Positions 1 through 12,967 are shown, counted from the first letter of the stretch. The stretch: 64,000 nucleotides of DNA from Gracilinanus agilis (GCF_016433145.1 NC_058135.1:227010483-227074482); one strand, 5' to 3'. Numbers and translations: made by a program. Notes: generated by a model from the sequence alone, not told the origin.

Positions 1-71
<71 letters not shown>

Positions 72-97
72 GACACACACACTATATATATATATAA
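1..97. repeat. Compound microsatellite (TC)n-(CA)n-(TA)n
   Basis: Read directly. Confidence 0.95.
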
Positions 98-99
98 AA

Positions 100-1160
100 C
101 CACACGCACGCGCGCCTCTAGCAAATAGTAGGCGTTTAATAAATGCTTGTAGACACGAGACGTATATAGAGCCGCCCTGCGCAATACACCTGCGCGCCGG
201 TTTCCAAGATCGGAGCAACGCTCGCCTCCTTCCTGAGCTCCCTAGCACACACATCCACCGCGGTCCCTACTATGCCGACCTTCTCTTCTCAGATTTTCAC
301 TTTGCTTTCCGTTCCCAGAGCTCTCCCTGGGGTGCTCCAGGGCAGAGTACGGGGAACCGTTTCTGGTGCGGACTTTCTGCTCCCAGTTATCGAGGAGGGT
401 GGAGCCAAAAGCCGAAACACGCTACCTTGGCTCCGCCCTCATCTCAGGTACGGTGCCCGCCCTCTCGGTCCCTAAGCCAACAGCCTCCGAGCCTCGGTGG
501 AGGCTGAGTGCCGCTCTGAGCCACCTGTCTGAGTGAGGGCTTGGCTCAGGTGTCCACTCTGGGGCGGGGCTCTCCTCGAGAGAACTCTGGGCGGAGAGTT
601 CCTCCTCCTCGTTCCTGTCCTAGGTGTCCCCTCCCGAGGCAGGGGGCGGGTGAAGTTTGGGAGTAGAGTAATTGGGAGATTCCCGGGCTTTGAGAGTGGG
701 TGAGGGGGCTGGACCAGGCGTGGCTGGGCGTGAAGGGACAGGACAAAGCCAGGCAGGACAGGACAGGAGCCCAGAGGAGATGAGAGGAAGTCCGGGACTG
801 AGATTAGGGAAACCCGAGGTTTGGTGGTAACAGAAAACAAAACGACCAAAATAAAACTAACCAGACTAAAAAGACCTGAGGACGGGGCGGCCCGGGACAA
901 AAGAACCAGAGAAAGGGTCTGGGCCGTTCCGGTGTTAAGACCTGAGAATGTTTTCCCGGAATCACCGGAGTCGGGTCACTGTTGCCCGGGGTTCTGCCCT
1001 GGAGATGGAGTTCAAACGCGGCCGCTTTCGCCTCAGCCTCTTCTGCGACACCCCAGAGGTAGGAGACCCTTCTCACCCCTCCCAGCCTCGCTTGCCGCCT
1101 CCTACAGTTCGCCCCCCCTCCCCTTCGCCTGGAAGGGGTGGGGCAAGGGGTGGACTTTGT
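100..1160 (+). promoter_or_regulatory. RTKN: CpG-rich promoter/5' region of RTKN
   Basis: High GC and CpG density upstream of and across coding exon 1a; boundaries approximate. Confidence 0.6.
948..1058 (+). CDS. RTKN: Rhotekin first coding exon 1a (MFSRNHRSRV...CDTPE)
   Basis: Matches recalled mammalian rhotekin long N-terminus; 111 nt, GT donor at 1059, phase 0. Confidence 0.95.
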
Positions 1161-3607
1161 AAATACCACAATCAGGGTACCGAGGGTGTGCTGGCTTAGA
1201 ATGCACTTATTGTTGTTCTCTGTCTGTGCCCATTTCCCCCAGCTTCTGTTGTGTCCGATTGAACTAGGAAAATATCAGGACTGAGCCCCAACAGTGGCTC
1301 CAGGCAAGACTTCAAAACTTCTCTGTAGCTGGTCTTCCTTGGGCCACTCTATACTCACACGCCCCTGCACCCCTTTCCGTCATGCTCAGGACACTCGGAA
1401 CTTTCAGCACCAAAACCTCCTTCCTACCCCTAGTTTTTAGAACCCTTTCTTCTCCAAAGAGCCCTCTCTAAGTCCAGGTTTCTCGAGAATGATTTCCATG
1501 GAACCGACAAATGGCATATTCTTCTACCTCCAGGAGTTGGGGTACCCATGTGGTAGAGAATAGGGGACATGACTCTCATTCTACTTATTCCGGTTGTTGG
1601 ACCAGGGATGTCCCTAAATGTCCAAGCCATGGTCTGGGATACTTATCTGGAAGAGAGTTCTTTCTGTTTTTTCTTTTTATTGTGAAGGCGGAGGGAAATG
1701 GGGATTATTGGGGATTGTCCTTGTAGTTGAGTAGGGTCTAGGCTGGTGTGTGTATGGTTGTTGAGCAAGTAGGAAAAAGGAAAATTCCTGGAAGAAGTCT
1801 CCAGTCCCCTAGGGACAGCACCTTTCCCCCAGACAATTATGTAGTGTGCTGAAATAGCACCGTTTCATCAGAGGAGTTGTGTTTAATCAGATGTGGCTGC
1901 CCAAGGGAGAGATGCTGGGCAATTCCTTCTCTTTCGTCCTTTTTTCTTGTCCAACAGTGGCATTATATTAAATCAGGGGGTCTTAACCTTTTTTGTTAAA
2001 GAGACCCCTTTGGAATTCTGCTGAACCCTATGGACATCCTTCTGGGAATATTTTTAAATGCATTCAGATAAAATACAGGATTACGAAGGAAGCCAAAGGT
2101 TAGTGAAGATAAAGAGGGAATATTTTTTTCCTATCCAGTGCCTGGCTACCTTCTCCCACCAGACCTGAAAAGGGTTACATGCAGTGGCTCCACCTGCCCA
2201 TTCCCTCCTTCCTCCCTCCCTCCCAGCAGCAGATTCCAGTTGGAACTTCACTCTTTTCCTCCCCCAGGGAACAAAGGCCCTATTCATTCCTTCCAGCTCA
2301 CCTACTCTTCTCCCTCTGCACAGCTGCCTCGGGGAAGGGAAGGGCTAGGAAGGTCCTGGCTGACAATCTGAAATGCCACCCCCCAGATCCTGTACACAAA
2401 GGGTCACCTCCAGTACACTGTGGACCCAGGGCTCCGGAATCCCGGGGCCTAGGAATAGCTGAGGTGTTTACTGAGGGAGAACTTTTAAGTCCTGGAATGG
2501 AAAGGCTGTCTCCTCCTACCCGAGGAGGCCACTCTAAACTTGGATCCAAGAGGTGGAGCTTGGATCTGAGGGTGGAGCCGGAATCGAAGACAGCTGCGGG
2601 CCAGGGCCAGGCTACAGAGTTTGGGAACCCAGTCCTAGGCTAGAGGACACTCTGGACTGAGAGAGGGGCTGGGCTTGGCCCAGGATAATAAGGCGGAGCC
2701 TGGATTACTGTGACCTTGTGGGTCACCGTGTGCTCCAGTGGAAGGGGGGGCAAGGGCTGCAGCTGGCGGGGGACTGGGGCTGGTTTCCTGTCTGGAAGGG
2801 AAGGGGCCCAGAGAAGGGAGTATGTGTAGAGGGGGAAAAGAGCTGCATGCAGGCCCTGCCCACCTAGCCCCCTCTCTTTGCTGGAAGAGTGAGGTAACTG
2901 GGGAGAGGATGGGCTGGGTTGGGCTGGGCTGGACTGAGGCGGGGCACAGCAGAGCCTGGGAGGGGCAGTTCGGAGTGGATGGGCCAGGACTCCAGGTCTC
3001 ACCCGCTTCCACAACCCCGGCTCTGTAGCTGCCTCACTTTCTCCACACATTCATCCTCTCCACTAAAAAGCTGAACAAGAGCCAGGTTCCCAGTTGGAAG
3101 CCTCTAGCCTTCCTCCTGTGCTCCCTGGGAGCCCCCACGACCATGTGGAACCTAGAGCCAAATGCTGCATGACCCCCACCCCCCAGCACCGTCCTTCTGC
3201 CTCTCCCTGTCATACCACCACACTACCCCTCACCCCCATCCCTGTACACATTGGCCCTCTGTCCACTGGGCCAGTGATGTGGGCGGGAACTAGGGAGGGA
3301 ATGAAAGGCCCTTTCTCTTCCACAGCTGGGAGAACAGCTGCCATCAGCCCCAAACTGGATGCTCAACTCTGCCTAGGGGCCCCTTCTGCCACCAGCCCCC
3401 CTCCCCTCAGTCAGTTCTCCAGAACCTCCCTTCTCCCCTCCCACCTTCCTTTCCTCCCCCTCCCTCCATCCCTTGCTCCCGCCTGGGGCGGTGTCAGCAG
3501 CAGTAGGGAAAGTTTGTCGTGGCAGCCCAAGGGGCCTGACTCAGGGGAGTTAGGGGCTTGAAGGGAGGAATTGGGGCTGCTTCAGGGCAGAGCTGGGGGA
3601 CACAGAG

Positions 3608-3679
3608 ATGCAGGACAGATTGCATATCATGGAAGATCTCAACATGCTGTACATCCGGCAGATGGCGCTCAGCCTGGAG
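3608..3679 (+). CDS. RTKN: Rhotekin alternative first coding exon 1b (MQDRLHIMEDLNMLYIRQMALSLE)
   Basis: Matches the known MQDRL rhotekin N-terminus; GTAATG donor at 3680, phase 0 joins exon 2. Confidence 0.9.
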
Positions 3680-6127
3680 GTAATGCCCCCAACCCCAACC
3701 CTGCAGGGGTGCATGCTAACCCTGCATGTGCCTGAGCCATGCATAACTGGAATCTACCGGGGTTTGAGGATGGGGAGGGGAAGGGGAGGGAAACCCTCTA
3801 CAGCATTGTATACTTGCAGGCTGGATGTATACTTGCAGGCTTTCAGTGGAGCCACCCCAGTCCTCAAGCTGCCATCTTGAGAACAACCCATGCAATTCAG
3901 CTCACATTCAGTGTTTCTCACTGCCCTTTCTCCCACCCCCACACATTCTGGGAGTTGGTTGTTGGCATGTGGCTTTTCTGGAAACCAGAAGGGGGTGAGG
4001 ATTGAGGAAAACCAGTATCATGTAGCAGAAAGTGGGCAAGACATTTCTCTGGTCCTCAGTTTCTTCATCTATAAAATGAGGGCAGAGAAGTGAGGGGAGG
4101 TTGGGGCCAGATAGCTTCCAGAATTTCTTTCAGAAAAGAGGGACTCTAAAGTTGGCTGTGAGGAAGCCAGCTGAGAGGATGGATTAGGAAGTGGTCAGCA
4201 GTTGTAAAAGCTAGTGGTTGTAAGGCTTGAGCACAAAAGGTAAGGGACCCTGGGACAGTCTAGCCTTGTAAATGCCAATTCCCTTCAGCCCATTGTATAA
4301 CCAAGAGTCCTTCCTCACTGGCTGAAATCGGGCACATTGTCCGCTGACCACTCTTCCTTGCAATCTGGCCCCATGGGAGTTATGCTTACCAGCATGGCCC
4401 AAGTAAATGATTGTTGAATTGAACTGAATGGCTAGAGCTCTCTTTTCCCCTGCACTTCCAGCTCTTCCAAGATGGGGGAGGGCATGGAGACATACTTGTA
4501 AAAGGTTCCCAAAGTTGGGACAAGAAGGCTAGAGTGGATGGAATTAATTAGGGAAAGAAGACCACTTCTGGAGGTGACCTTAATGTGCCTGTGAAGGAAG
4601 CATGGAAATTAAAAAACAACAGTTATACGCAGGCACACACATATGCCCCCAAAACTGGGTTTGTGCCCCTTATGATCTTGAGCAAATGAGATCCCTGAGT
4701 TTCAATTTCCTCCCCTGGAAAATGGAGATAATGTTACTTGCATTATTACCTACCTCACAGGGCTGCTTCATGAAGGTTTATATGCCTATAAGATACCATA
4801 GAAATATATTGCTTTATATGGAGCAGCCAAGGCAAACTGGGGGGAAATCGGGGAAAAGTTGGGGTGGAGAGGGTGTCCAGGGAAGGTCGGAGTCAAAGAA
4901 TAGAAGACCAGAAGTAACAGTACTGAAAACTCTGAAGGGAGGAGTCAGAGCTGAAGCTCAGGATGCTACTAGGGAGACAGCCCAGAGTCTGGGAAGAATC
5001 TGGGGAAGCTGCATTTGGAATTCTGACCTAGAAAAGGTGGCTGTCCATCGTGCAAATGGGGAAATAGAGCAAGGGAAGGAGGAGGAGCCAGAGACAGATT
5101 AAGAAACAAGATTCACTGGTTCTCCTACACTTATAAGGCAGGGAAGAGGGAGGGAGGATCTGTGGTAATGGGATGCTGTCCTGGTGGCAAAGGGGAACAG
5201 TCATTTGGATGTTGGGCTGGCGGGTCTATAGACTTTGGAAAGGCTGACTCCAGGGTCCAAAGGCTGGAAAGCATAATGTACAAGTTGGGAGAGATTTTCC
5301 CCTCTTTCTCCTTGGGAGATGCCTTGGGCATCAGGTTCTCTGGATTTCCTGCTCTCTCTTTCTCCTCCTCCCTCCCACCAATATAAAAAATTACATTCCT
5401 ATACGTAATGAGTAGCTTCCAGGGCGGAATGAAGGGGCTCCTCGGACTCGGGCAGGATCTTGGGAGTTCTTCCTCTGTGCCTTGCTCTCTTGTGCTCTGC
5501 CCTCTCCCGCAGCAGTCCTTTCCCTCAACAGGTAGGACTTTGCCCATAGATCTTTGACTCCCTTGGAGAGGAGAGGACGAGAGTGGGCTGGCCGCGAGCC
5601 TTTTGCGAGGGGTTGTCTCCTTAGTCACTTACTGCTCCAGCCCTCGCTCCCTCCCCCCAGTTTCCCGGGGTGGGCCACGGTGCCTGATCTGGGACAGTGT
5701 ACCAAGTTCCGCTAGCCAGGACAGAGATGGAGGAGGGGAGAGGAGGTGGAGCTCCAGGGCGTGACCATGATGAAGCGGGGCGGGGCTTGGGCTCAAAGCC
5801 GAATGTCGTGGGTGGGGGCTGCTGCATTTGAGGAGGGGACTGTCGAGACCCCGGGATGGTGGCTCCGTGGCCTGGGAGAATTGAAGGACTGGACACATAT
5901 CCTTGCACCCCTGGCCTTCCCCCACCCCAGCTGCTCTCGCGTCGGTTTGGAGCTGATGTCACCGGAGCTCCTGAGCTCTGGAGGCGTGGGGAGGGCTCGG
6001 GAGCATCCCGGTGGAGCCTTGCTGAGCTGGCCAGGCGCTGGCCCTCCGGCCTGCAGCCCCGGTTAGCTAGCTCCTCACCGGCCCTGGCCCGGCCAGGCAG
6101 GGGCCGAGGGCCAGAGCCGTCGGCAGA

Positions 6128-6151
6128 ATGGACAGAACTGGGGAAGGACGA
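6128..6151 (+). CDS. RTKN: Candidate third first exon of RTKN (MDRTGEGR), 5' end unknown
   Basis: Strong-context ATG (agaATGg), perfect GTAAGT donor at 6152, phase 0, in a CpG-richer patch. No homology support. Confidence 0.4.
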
Positions 6152-8577
6152 GTAAGTGATGCCCGAGGGAGAGATTTCGGGTGGGAGACCCCAGAGCCTC
6201 AAAGCCCATCACTCCCTTCTGGGGTCTTGTGGTCTGTGCCTAAGGACAAGAGGCGTAGGAGAGAGGTCCTGGGAATAGACCCGTGTCATGTGGACTCCCA
6301 GTGTTTCCACACGCCCACACGCCCCTGCATAGACAGCCACTGCAGGGCTGAACAGCGTGGACAAACCCAGGGCAGGCAGGCAGCTGAACAATGACACATG
6401 GGTAAATCCCAATGGATTTAAGGGGAGCTGGCTCCCAAGGGTCTTCCTATTGACGGAGGAGGGGCTGGGAAGGTACTTTATTTGTAGAGGAATGAAAAGA
6501 AGAATTCCAGATGGAGACATCGTGGGTGATAGGTCTGGGGGAGGCAATAGGTAGTAGACTCAGGGGAGAGAAATAAATTGGCCAGTTCTGAAGTTAGGAG
6601 GAGAAGGGGGCTGTGGAGTCCATGAATCCAAGTTTGGGGTTCCTTGGGGGAGGGGATTGGTGTGAGGCAAGAAACTGAGGTAGAGGTCAAGGAACTTCAC
6701 AGAGCAGAACCCTTCTTTTCCAGTTGCTGCCCCCACCCCCTTAGGTTCAGGGCATTGAGGAGAGCCTGAACTGGGGCTGGGTAATGAGAGCAGCCTGAAG
6801 AGGTGGAGGCTGGGGGATGAGCATGTTATTTGGAATTGCTCAGTGACTCAGACCTGCACCTAAGATCTGGGAGCAGTGTGCTTAGCTCACTGGCATTAGC
6901 TGAAAAAACAACATTAATGGTTCCCCACTGGCAATGGGATAAAGGCATTTAAGGTACTTATATGCTGCATTCAGCCTCCACTACCTTATGGAAAAGTCTT
7001 AGTCCGGCCAGAACAGACCTTTTGCTGTTTACTTCTACAAAGTTCCTTCACCAGGAAAACAGTCTCTCTGCCCTCCTCCTGTCAAAATTCTATCCATTTT
7101 TCAAGACCCAGCTGAAATATCCCCTATCTCTAACAAGAACTTGCCCAGTTAACCCAATTAGAAGTTGGCCTTTTATTACCTGCAAATCCTTACGTAGCTT
7201 ATGCTATTGGTCTAACAGACCTATGTTATACTGCCTTTCTGTTGTAGTTATGTATGAATCTAGATTTCTCCAATGAGTTTCAGAAGGGCAGAAACCACAC
7301 TTTTCATGTTTCTATAACTCCCATGAACACCCAGGGCAGTGATTTATACAGAATTGGTGCTTTGCTGGTTGGATGAATCACCTAGGCCTCCATTTCCTCA
7401 TCTGTAAAATAGATAGGATGCTCCCTTTTCTAGCATTGTATTATTCTTTACTACTTTAATCAATCCTTGTGCCTTCACTCTTCCTTTCACCTATACTGCC
7501 CATTCTCTAGCATAATCAAAAGACCTTCTACTTTGAGATGAATTTAACTAAGACTGTCCCCTTTTCCTACTACAGAACTCGGGGTGGATGGCTCTTCTTA
7601 CCCTAGCATTCAATGATTTTCTAGGTTCAGATTGACTTGTAGGTCAAATGGAACAGAGTGTATTGTTCCCTCCTCTCATCTTTCCCATGTTTTAAATAGC
7701 CTCTCAAAAACTCAGACCATCTTGTAAGGTTTCTAATGTAGGAGACGCCCTCCTTCCTTGTAGTTCTCTTCCTGGTCCAGCATCCCACAATTCTTCAGTC
7801 TTCATTCTGAGTTATAGGATACCTGCATGTACTGCTTTGTGGCAATTCCAGTGACCTTTTTAATGGGTTCAGCACTCCAACTAGTAAGCAGATGAAAGGG
7901 GCATGTCATTTCTTTGGTGACTCCCTTCCATGTTTCAAATCATTCCAACACCACTTGCGTATGGTTGGGTACTTATTCTATGCAAAATATTGTTAAGGGC
8001 TGAAGTTTCAAAGATTCCTAATCTAGTCCCTTCTCTCTGAGGTTTTACTAAGAGGAGGAGATAAAGCATATAGACAATTATGATTTAAAAAAAATATTGC
8101 GTGATACCTGCATAAGAGAAATACCCAAAGATCACTTCTGCCTTAGCAATGTCTCAGCAGAGCAAGTGGCATTGAAGTCAGGCTGTACCAGGAAGGTTTA
8201 ATAGAAATTCTATAGGCAGAATTGGGAAGGTTGGCGGAATATGGTAATAACAGACTGTGGAGGGTCTTGAATGTTATAAGCAATGGGGAGCCGCTGGAGG
8301 TTCTTTTGAGCAAGGGAAGACCTCGCTTTGGGCTTTAGGAAGATCAGAGCTATGAATCAAGATTCTAACTTTGGCAATGTGTGTAGGATACATTGGAATA
8401 GAGAGAAAGAGGAGGCAGGGAGACTTATTTAGGAGGTCATAATGATAGTTCACTATTTATTTAACTAAATTTCTACCAAGATCTTCCTTGACTCTTATAT
8501 TAGTAGGGAGAGGGGGATGTCAGTGGACAGGGGGAATCCTGCCTTTCCAGTTGCACTAATTGTTTCTCTTCCCTCAG

Positions 8578-8777
8578 GATACAGAGCTGCAGAGGAAGCT
8601 GGACCATGAGATCCGGATGAGGGAAGGAGCCTGCAAGCTGCTGGCTGCTTGCTCCCAAAGGGAACAAGCCTTAGAGGCCACCAAGAGCTTGCTGGTCTGC
8701 AGCAGTCGAATCCTCAGCTACATGGGGGAACTGCAGCGTCGAAAGGAAGCGCAGGTGCTGGGGAGGACAGCAAGGCG
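8578..8777 (+). CDS. RTKN: Rhotekin exon 2 (HR1/Rho-binding: DTELQRKLDHEIRMREG...)
   Basis: CAG acceptor, GTGAG donor, 200 nt; near-identical to recalled human sequence. Confidence 0.97.
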
Positions 8778-8971
8778 GTGAGCAGGAAGAGAAGGAGATG
8801 AATTAGGGGGCCCCTCCTGCACTAAGCAAATGATGTCTGGAGCCAAAGGTGCTCCCCAAGGATGATTGATTGATTTAATCAATATTTAATGGGTGGCAAC
8901 TCTGTGTCCCCTGATGCCCCGTTGACCAAGACGACTGAATGGGGTAGGCTAACAGGTGTTGCATTTGGATG

Positions 8972-10494
8972 TGTAAGAGGGAGATTTTAGGTATTTTATA
9001 GATATATATTTAAAGTGTGGCTGCCAGGAATCAACAATTCAGATTGATTCCATAATTAAAATAGACCCAAGTCAGGATCGGGTTTAAGGTAGTTTATTTA
9101 CAATTAGGAAGGTAAAAGGTAGGGAAATAGAGAGAGGGAGAGGCTAGTCCAGGCCTGGAGAGGCCTGGACGGAGAGAGAGGGTTAAAAGGCTAATTAAAC
9201 TAGGCTACAAGCCACAAGACCATAGCAATCAGAGAGGCTATAAGCCTACTTAAGGCAGAGTCTGGAAATGCCAAGGTAGGCCAAGGAAGTCAGCCTAACT
9301 TACCCACGTGACCATTCAGAGTAGAAGCTGCCTGAGGTCTCACCGGAGAACCTCCAGCACCAAGTTCAAAGCCAGAACTGCCTCCTCTGGAAGTAACCAA
9401 CATACTTAAAGAGATAGTGCCTCTCCTCACTCCCTGTGGGTACACCTCTAATTTAAGTGGACAAATGGCAGTCTCTACACTGATTTGGACTGCCCAAAGG
9501 GCAGTCCCTTGTTTTTGATTTGTTACTTATTGTCACGTGTGGGTAACTGTCTCCCCTCCCACTAAGGGAGGTGGGGATGACATCTCTATGCCTAGTGTAA
9601 GTAGAGTTTGACTATGAATGGACTAGAGCTAATTCCATTTACACAATCCCCCCTGATGATCATTGGGTGCCTAGTCACCCCAAGTGATCATTTTACATAA
9701 TCCTCTTATACTCACAAAGGTCTTCTAACTACAATAGTTAGAGATAAGAGGGGAATGGAAGAGAGAGAAAGCAAACCAATGTTTGCTAAGCACATTGACA
9801 AGAAACCAATTGGGGGCAGTCCCCCATTGGCATAAAATGTACATTCAAAGTAACTGTTCAAACCTATCAGTCCATTCATTTATACCCAAAGTTCATTCTG
9901 GATTGATGGATGCAACAAACCCATCAGTTCAATCAATTGCAACCCAAAGTTCATTCTGGATCTCTTGATTAAATGTAGATTCTTCAGGCATCTCTCTGCA
10001 AACAGTTCATTCTCTGGATTAAGGAATCAGCAAGTTTCTTTCTCTGAGAAATTTTCTCGAACAAAATCAAAAAATTAAATTTTGGATTTAATAAAAATAC
10101 AATTAAATCTTGGATTTTATAAAAATACAATCCCCCCTGATGTGGGTATTTTAAAAGAAATACCCAGATCAGCTCAAGATATATAGTTGAGTCATGGGGT
10201 TGTATGAGTAAATTCAAAAGAAAAAACAAAAGTATAAAAAAATCAAATGGTCTTATGGCTTGTAGCCTAGTTTAATTAGCTTTTTAACTCTCTCTCTCCG
10301 TCCAGGCCGAGGCCTGGACTAGCCTCTTCCTCTCTGTATTTCCCTACCTTTTACCTTCCTAATTGTAAATAAACTACCTTAAACCCGATCCTGACTTGGG
10401 TCTATTTTAATTATGGAAGCAATCTGAATTGTTGATTCCTAGTGGCCACACTTTAATTATATATCTATAAAACACCTAAAATCTCCCTCTTACA
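8972..10494 (-). mobile_element. ERV-derived insertion: full LTR (9645->8972), PPT, internal fragment, inverted R-U5 arm (10247-10494); TSD GATG
   Basis: TG...CA termini, GATG at 8968-8971 and 10495-10498, ~250-bp inverted arms, AGGGGGG purine tract abutting the LTR. Confidence 0.8.
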
Positions 10495-10994
10495 GATGAC
10501 AGAATTTGGGGTATGTGGTGTCTAGGAGTGTCCAGAACAGATAGTTGGAGGGACCCCTCTGGGCCCAGAATGGCCATGGCATCAGGCTTCTAGAAATCTT
10601 TCACTCACTGACTGTCACATCCTAAGACAGGATTCTCCACAAGCTCTGGAAGGGAACTGTCCTGAACAGAGAACACAGTTCCAAGGCATTGGATATACTA
10701 AGCAAGGAGGCTAGTAGTATCCCTACCAGCTCACGACAAGAATGTTAAAGGGGGTAATTGCAAGAAGGGAAGATGAGAGGAAGGCTTTCAGGGTACATGG
10801 GAGCATGACTCCAACCAAGTGATGTATTGGAATAACCAGAGCTGTAGGCAGTTTAGGGGGGAGGCTAACTGGGCTATCAGATGTTGCATCCAGTGCTAGA
10901 GAGATACAAATGGCTCCAAATTAAAGACTTACAGACACAGGACCTGAAAGAGACTGGGTCCATGCAATACACTTTCTGTATGAGAAGCATCATG

Positions 10995-11160
10995 GCACTG
11001 TGGATAAAGGGCTGGGCTAGGAGGAAGACCAGAGTTCAAATCCCTTCTGAGATATGTACTCCCTGTGGTGACTCTGGGCCTCAGTTTCTCCATCTGTAAA
11101 ATGGGGAAGGGTTAGACTATATGGCCTCAGAGGTCCTTTCCAACTTTAAATCTATAATCC
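10995..11160 (+). mobile_element. Old MIR/CORE-SINE
   Basis: CORE motif CCTCAGTTTCTCCATCTGTAAAATGGG. Confidence 0.6.
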
Positions 11161-12354
11161 TAGTTGGTAAAATTTGAGGAATGCCATAAGACTCCAAAGT
11201 ATTGTTTTGTCAGTGTTGATGGGGTGGGAATTATCTTAGAGTTTAGATCACTGTAGTGGGAAAATGGTTAGTTAAAGGGCATCAAAAAAAGGTACTAGTT
11301 ACTTGGTTCAGAGGATAAATAAGTTGGCCTGGGGCCCAATGTGGGATTTAGAGCTGAAAGGGCCTAGTTCAACTCCCTAATTTTAAAAATGAAGAAACTG
11401 AGAAAAGAAAAATAACTTTCCCCAGGTGATAGAGGTAGTTGTTTTTTTAGGGCCAGGATTTCACCCCAAGTCCATAGAGAATTCTAATTGCCAATTCAGG
11501 GCACCATAGTCCCTTGCTCAACAATGGCAGGTCAGCAAAGATGAGCTTTATCTTCAATGTCCTTCCCATCAATCAGTCTACCAGGAGTTCCTTATTAATT
11601 ACCTCCTATGTTTTTTTAGGTTTCTCCCTCCCAATTCTCCACTCCTCAAAAATGTAATCGTCATATAAAAGAGAAAGGTTAATGGGATATAAGTCAAAGA
11701 GGAAGGAGTTGGGCAATATTAGTTGATTAATATTAAGAAGAAATCATTGGCATTTATAGGATGATTTGAGATTTAGAAACTTCTCACTTGAGGTTCATAT
11801 CTATATGTATACTATAATGTAGATATGATATATATTATGTATATTATTATCCCCCTTGTACAGACAGGAAAACTGAGTCTCAGAGAGAAAGCTCTGGTCA
11901 AAAATCTAGCATCAGAGAGCAGGATTCAAACTGAGCTCTCTCTTACTCCTGAATTTAGCACACTTTCTACAGTGGAGGAAGGGACCCCACATAGCAAGAT
12001 TATTACCCTTATGAGGCATCTGAGTCAGAGAATGTGTTTGAGTTCATACATCTCTGGAACCTTGTGTGTACACATGGGTGGAAGTACATTAAGTGATCAC
12101 TGACACTCCTAATGGGGATTAATGAGCTGTACGGAAATTCCTAGGGCCACCCAGCCCCTTATGCTATACTCTTGTCTCCTCCAGTGCCTACCATGTTGGC
12201 AACAAATCATCCTGACACAGGAGGGAACGAGGGGCGTAGCAGTCCCTGGTAGCAGGAGGGCCCGTGATCCCTATGTTTCTTGGCGAGGGGCTGGAGGGGG
12301 GAAGAAGAGGTGCTTAATTACAATAACCTGCTTATATCCTCTCCTTGACCCAAG

Positions 12355-12416
12355 GCCTTCAGAGACTGGGCCCCCAGATGAACGCTCTGCGTGTCGTGGC
12401 ACAGTTTGTATCTCTG
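12355..12416 (+). CDS. RTKN: Rhotekin exon 3
   Basis: AAG acceptor, GTAAG donor, 62 nt, PSETGPPDERSACRGTVCIS; phases fit. Confidence 0.92.
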
Positions 12417-12529
12417 GTAAGGAACCTCCGGTTCATCCTCATTGACATTTTACCTCACTGCCTCCCAGCATTGTGACTCTTCCTACCCACAGGCTCTATC
12501 CCTGGGATTAAAGAATATCAATCCAGAGC

Positions 12530-12720
12530 GCAGCTAGGTAGCTCCTTGGAAGAGAACCGGGCCTAGAGAGGGGGAAGTCATGGGTTCAAATCTGGCCTCA
12601 GACACTTCCTAGCTGGGTGACCCTGGGCAAGTCACTTAACCCCCATTGCCTAGCCCTTCTGCCTTGGAATTGATAAGCAGTGTTGATTCTAAGATGTAAG
12701 GTGAGGGTTTAAAAGAAGAA
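12530..12720 (+). mobile_element. Marsupial tRNA-headed SINE (SINE1/MAR-like)
   Basis: GCAGCTAGGTAGC head, GGTTCAAAT B-box, A-rich tail. Confidence 0.75.
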
Positions 12721-12815
12721 AGACTATTGTCCAAGGTGAATATCTTTTCTCCTGGGGTACCTCCTTTATTCTTTATTCCCTTGTTGTCTTAACCCACGCT
12801 GGGTTCCTTCTCTAG

Positions 12816-12869
12816 ACATCCGAATCCCCCTCATGTGGAAGGACACAGAGTATTTCAAGAACAAGGGAG
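12816..12869 (+). CDS. RTKN: Rhotekin exon 4 (DIRIPLMWKDTEYFKNKG)
   Basis: TAG acceptor, GTGAG donor, 54 nt. Confidence 0.95.
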
Positions 12870-12967
12870 GTGAGTCTCACAGACTGTTGTTTTCAAGGGA
12901 CCCTCGCAAGGTCTATCAGTCCAGCTTCCACTTCTCCTTATTTGACTTCTGGCTTCTCTGCCCTCAG

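Noticed and set aside
272-3561. Many overlapping 100-155 aa ORFs on both strands
   Set aside because: GC-rich promoter/intron sequence is depleted of stops; Pro/Gly/Ser-rich translations with no recognisable motifs.
5621-6202. 193-aa minus ORF and overlapping plus ORFs
   Set aside because: GC-rich patch, no homology recognised; only the donor-linked ATG was kept as a candidate.
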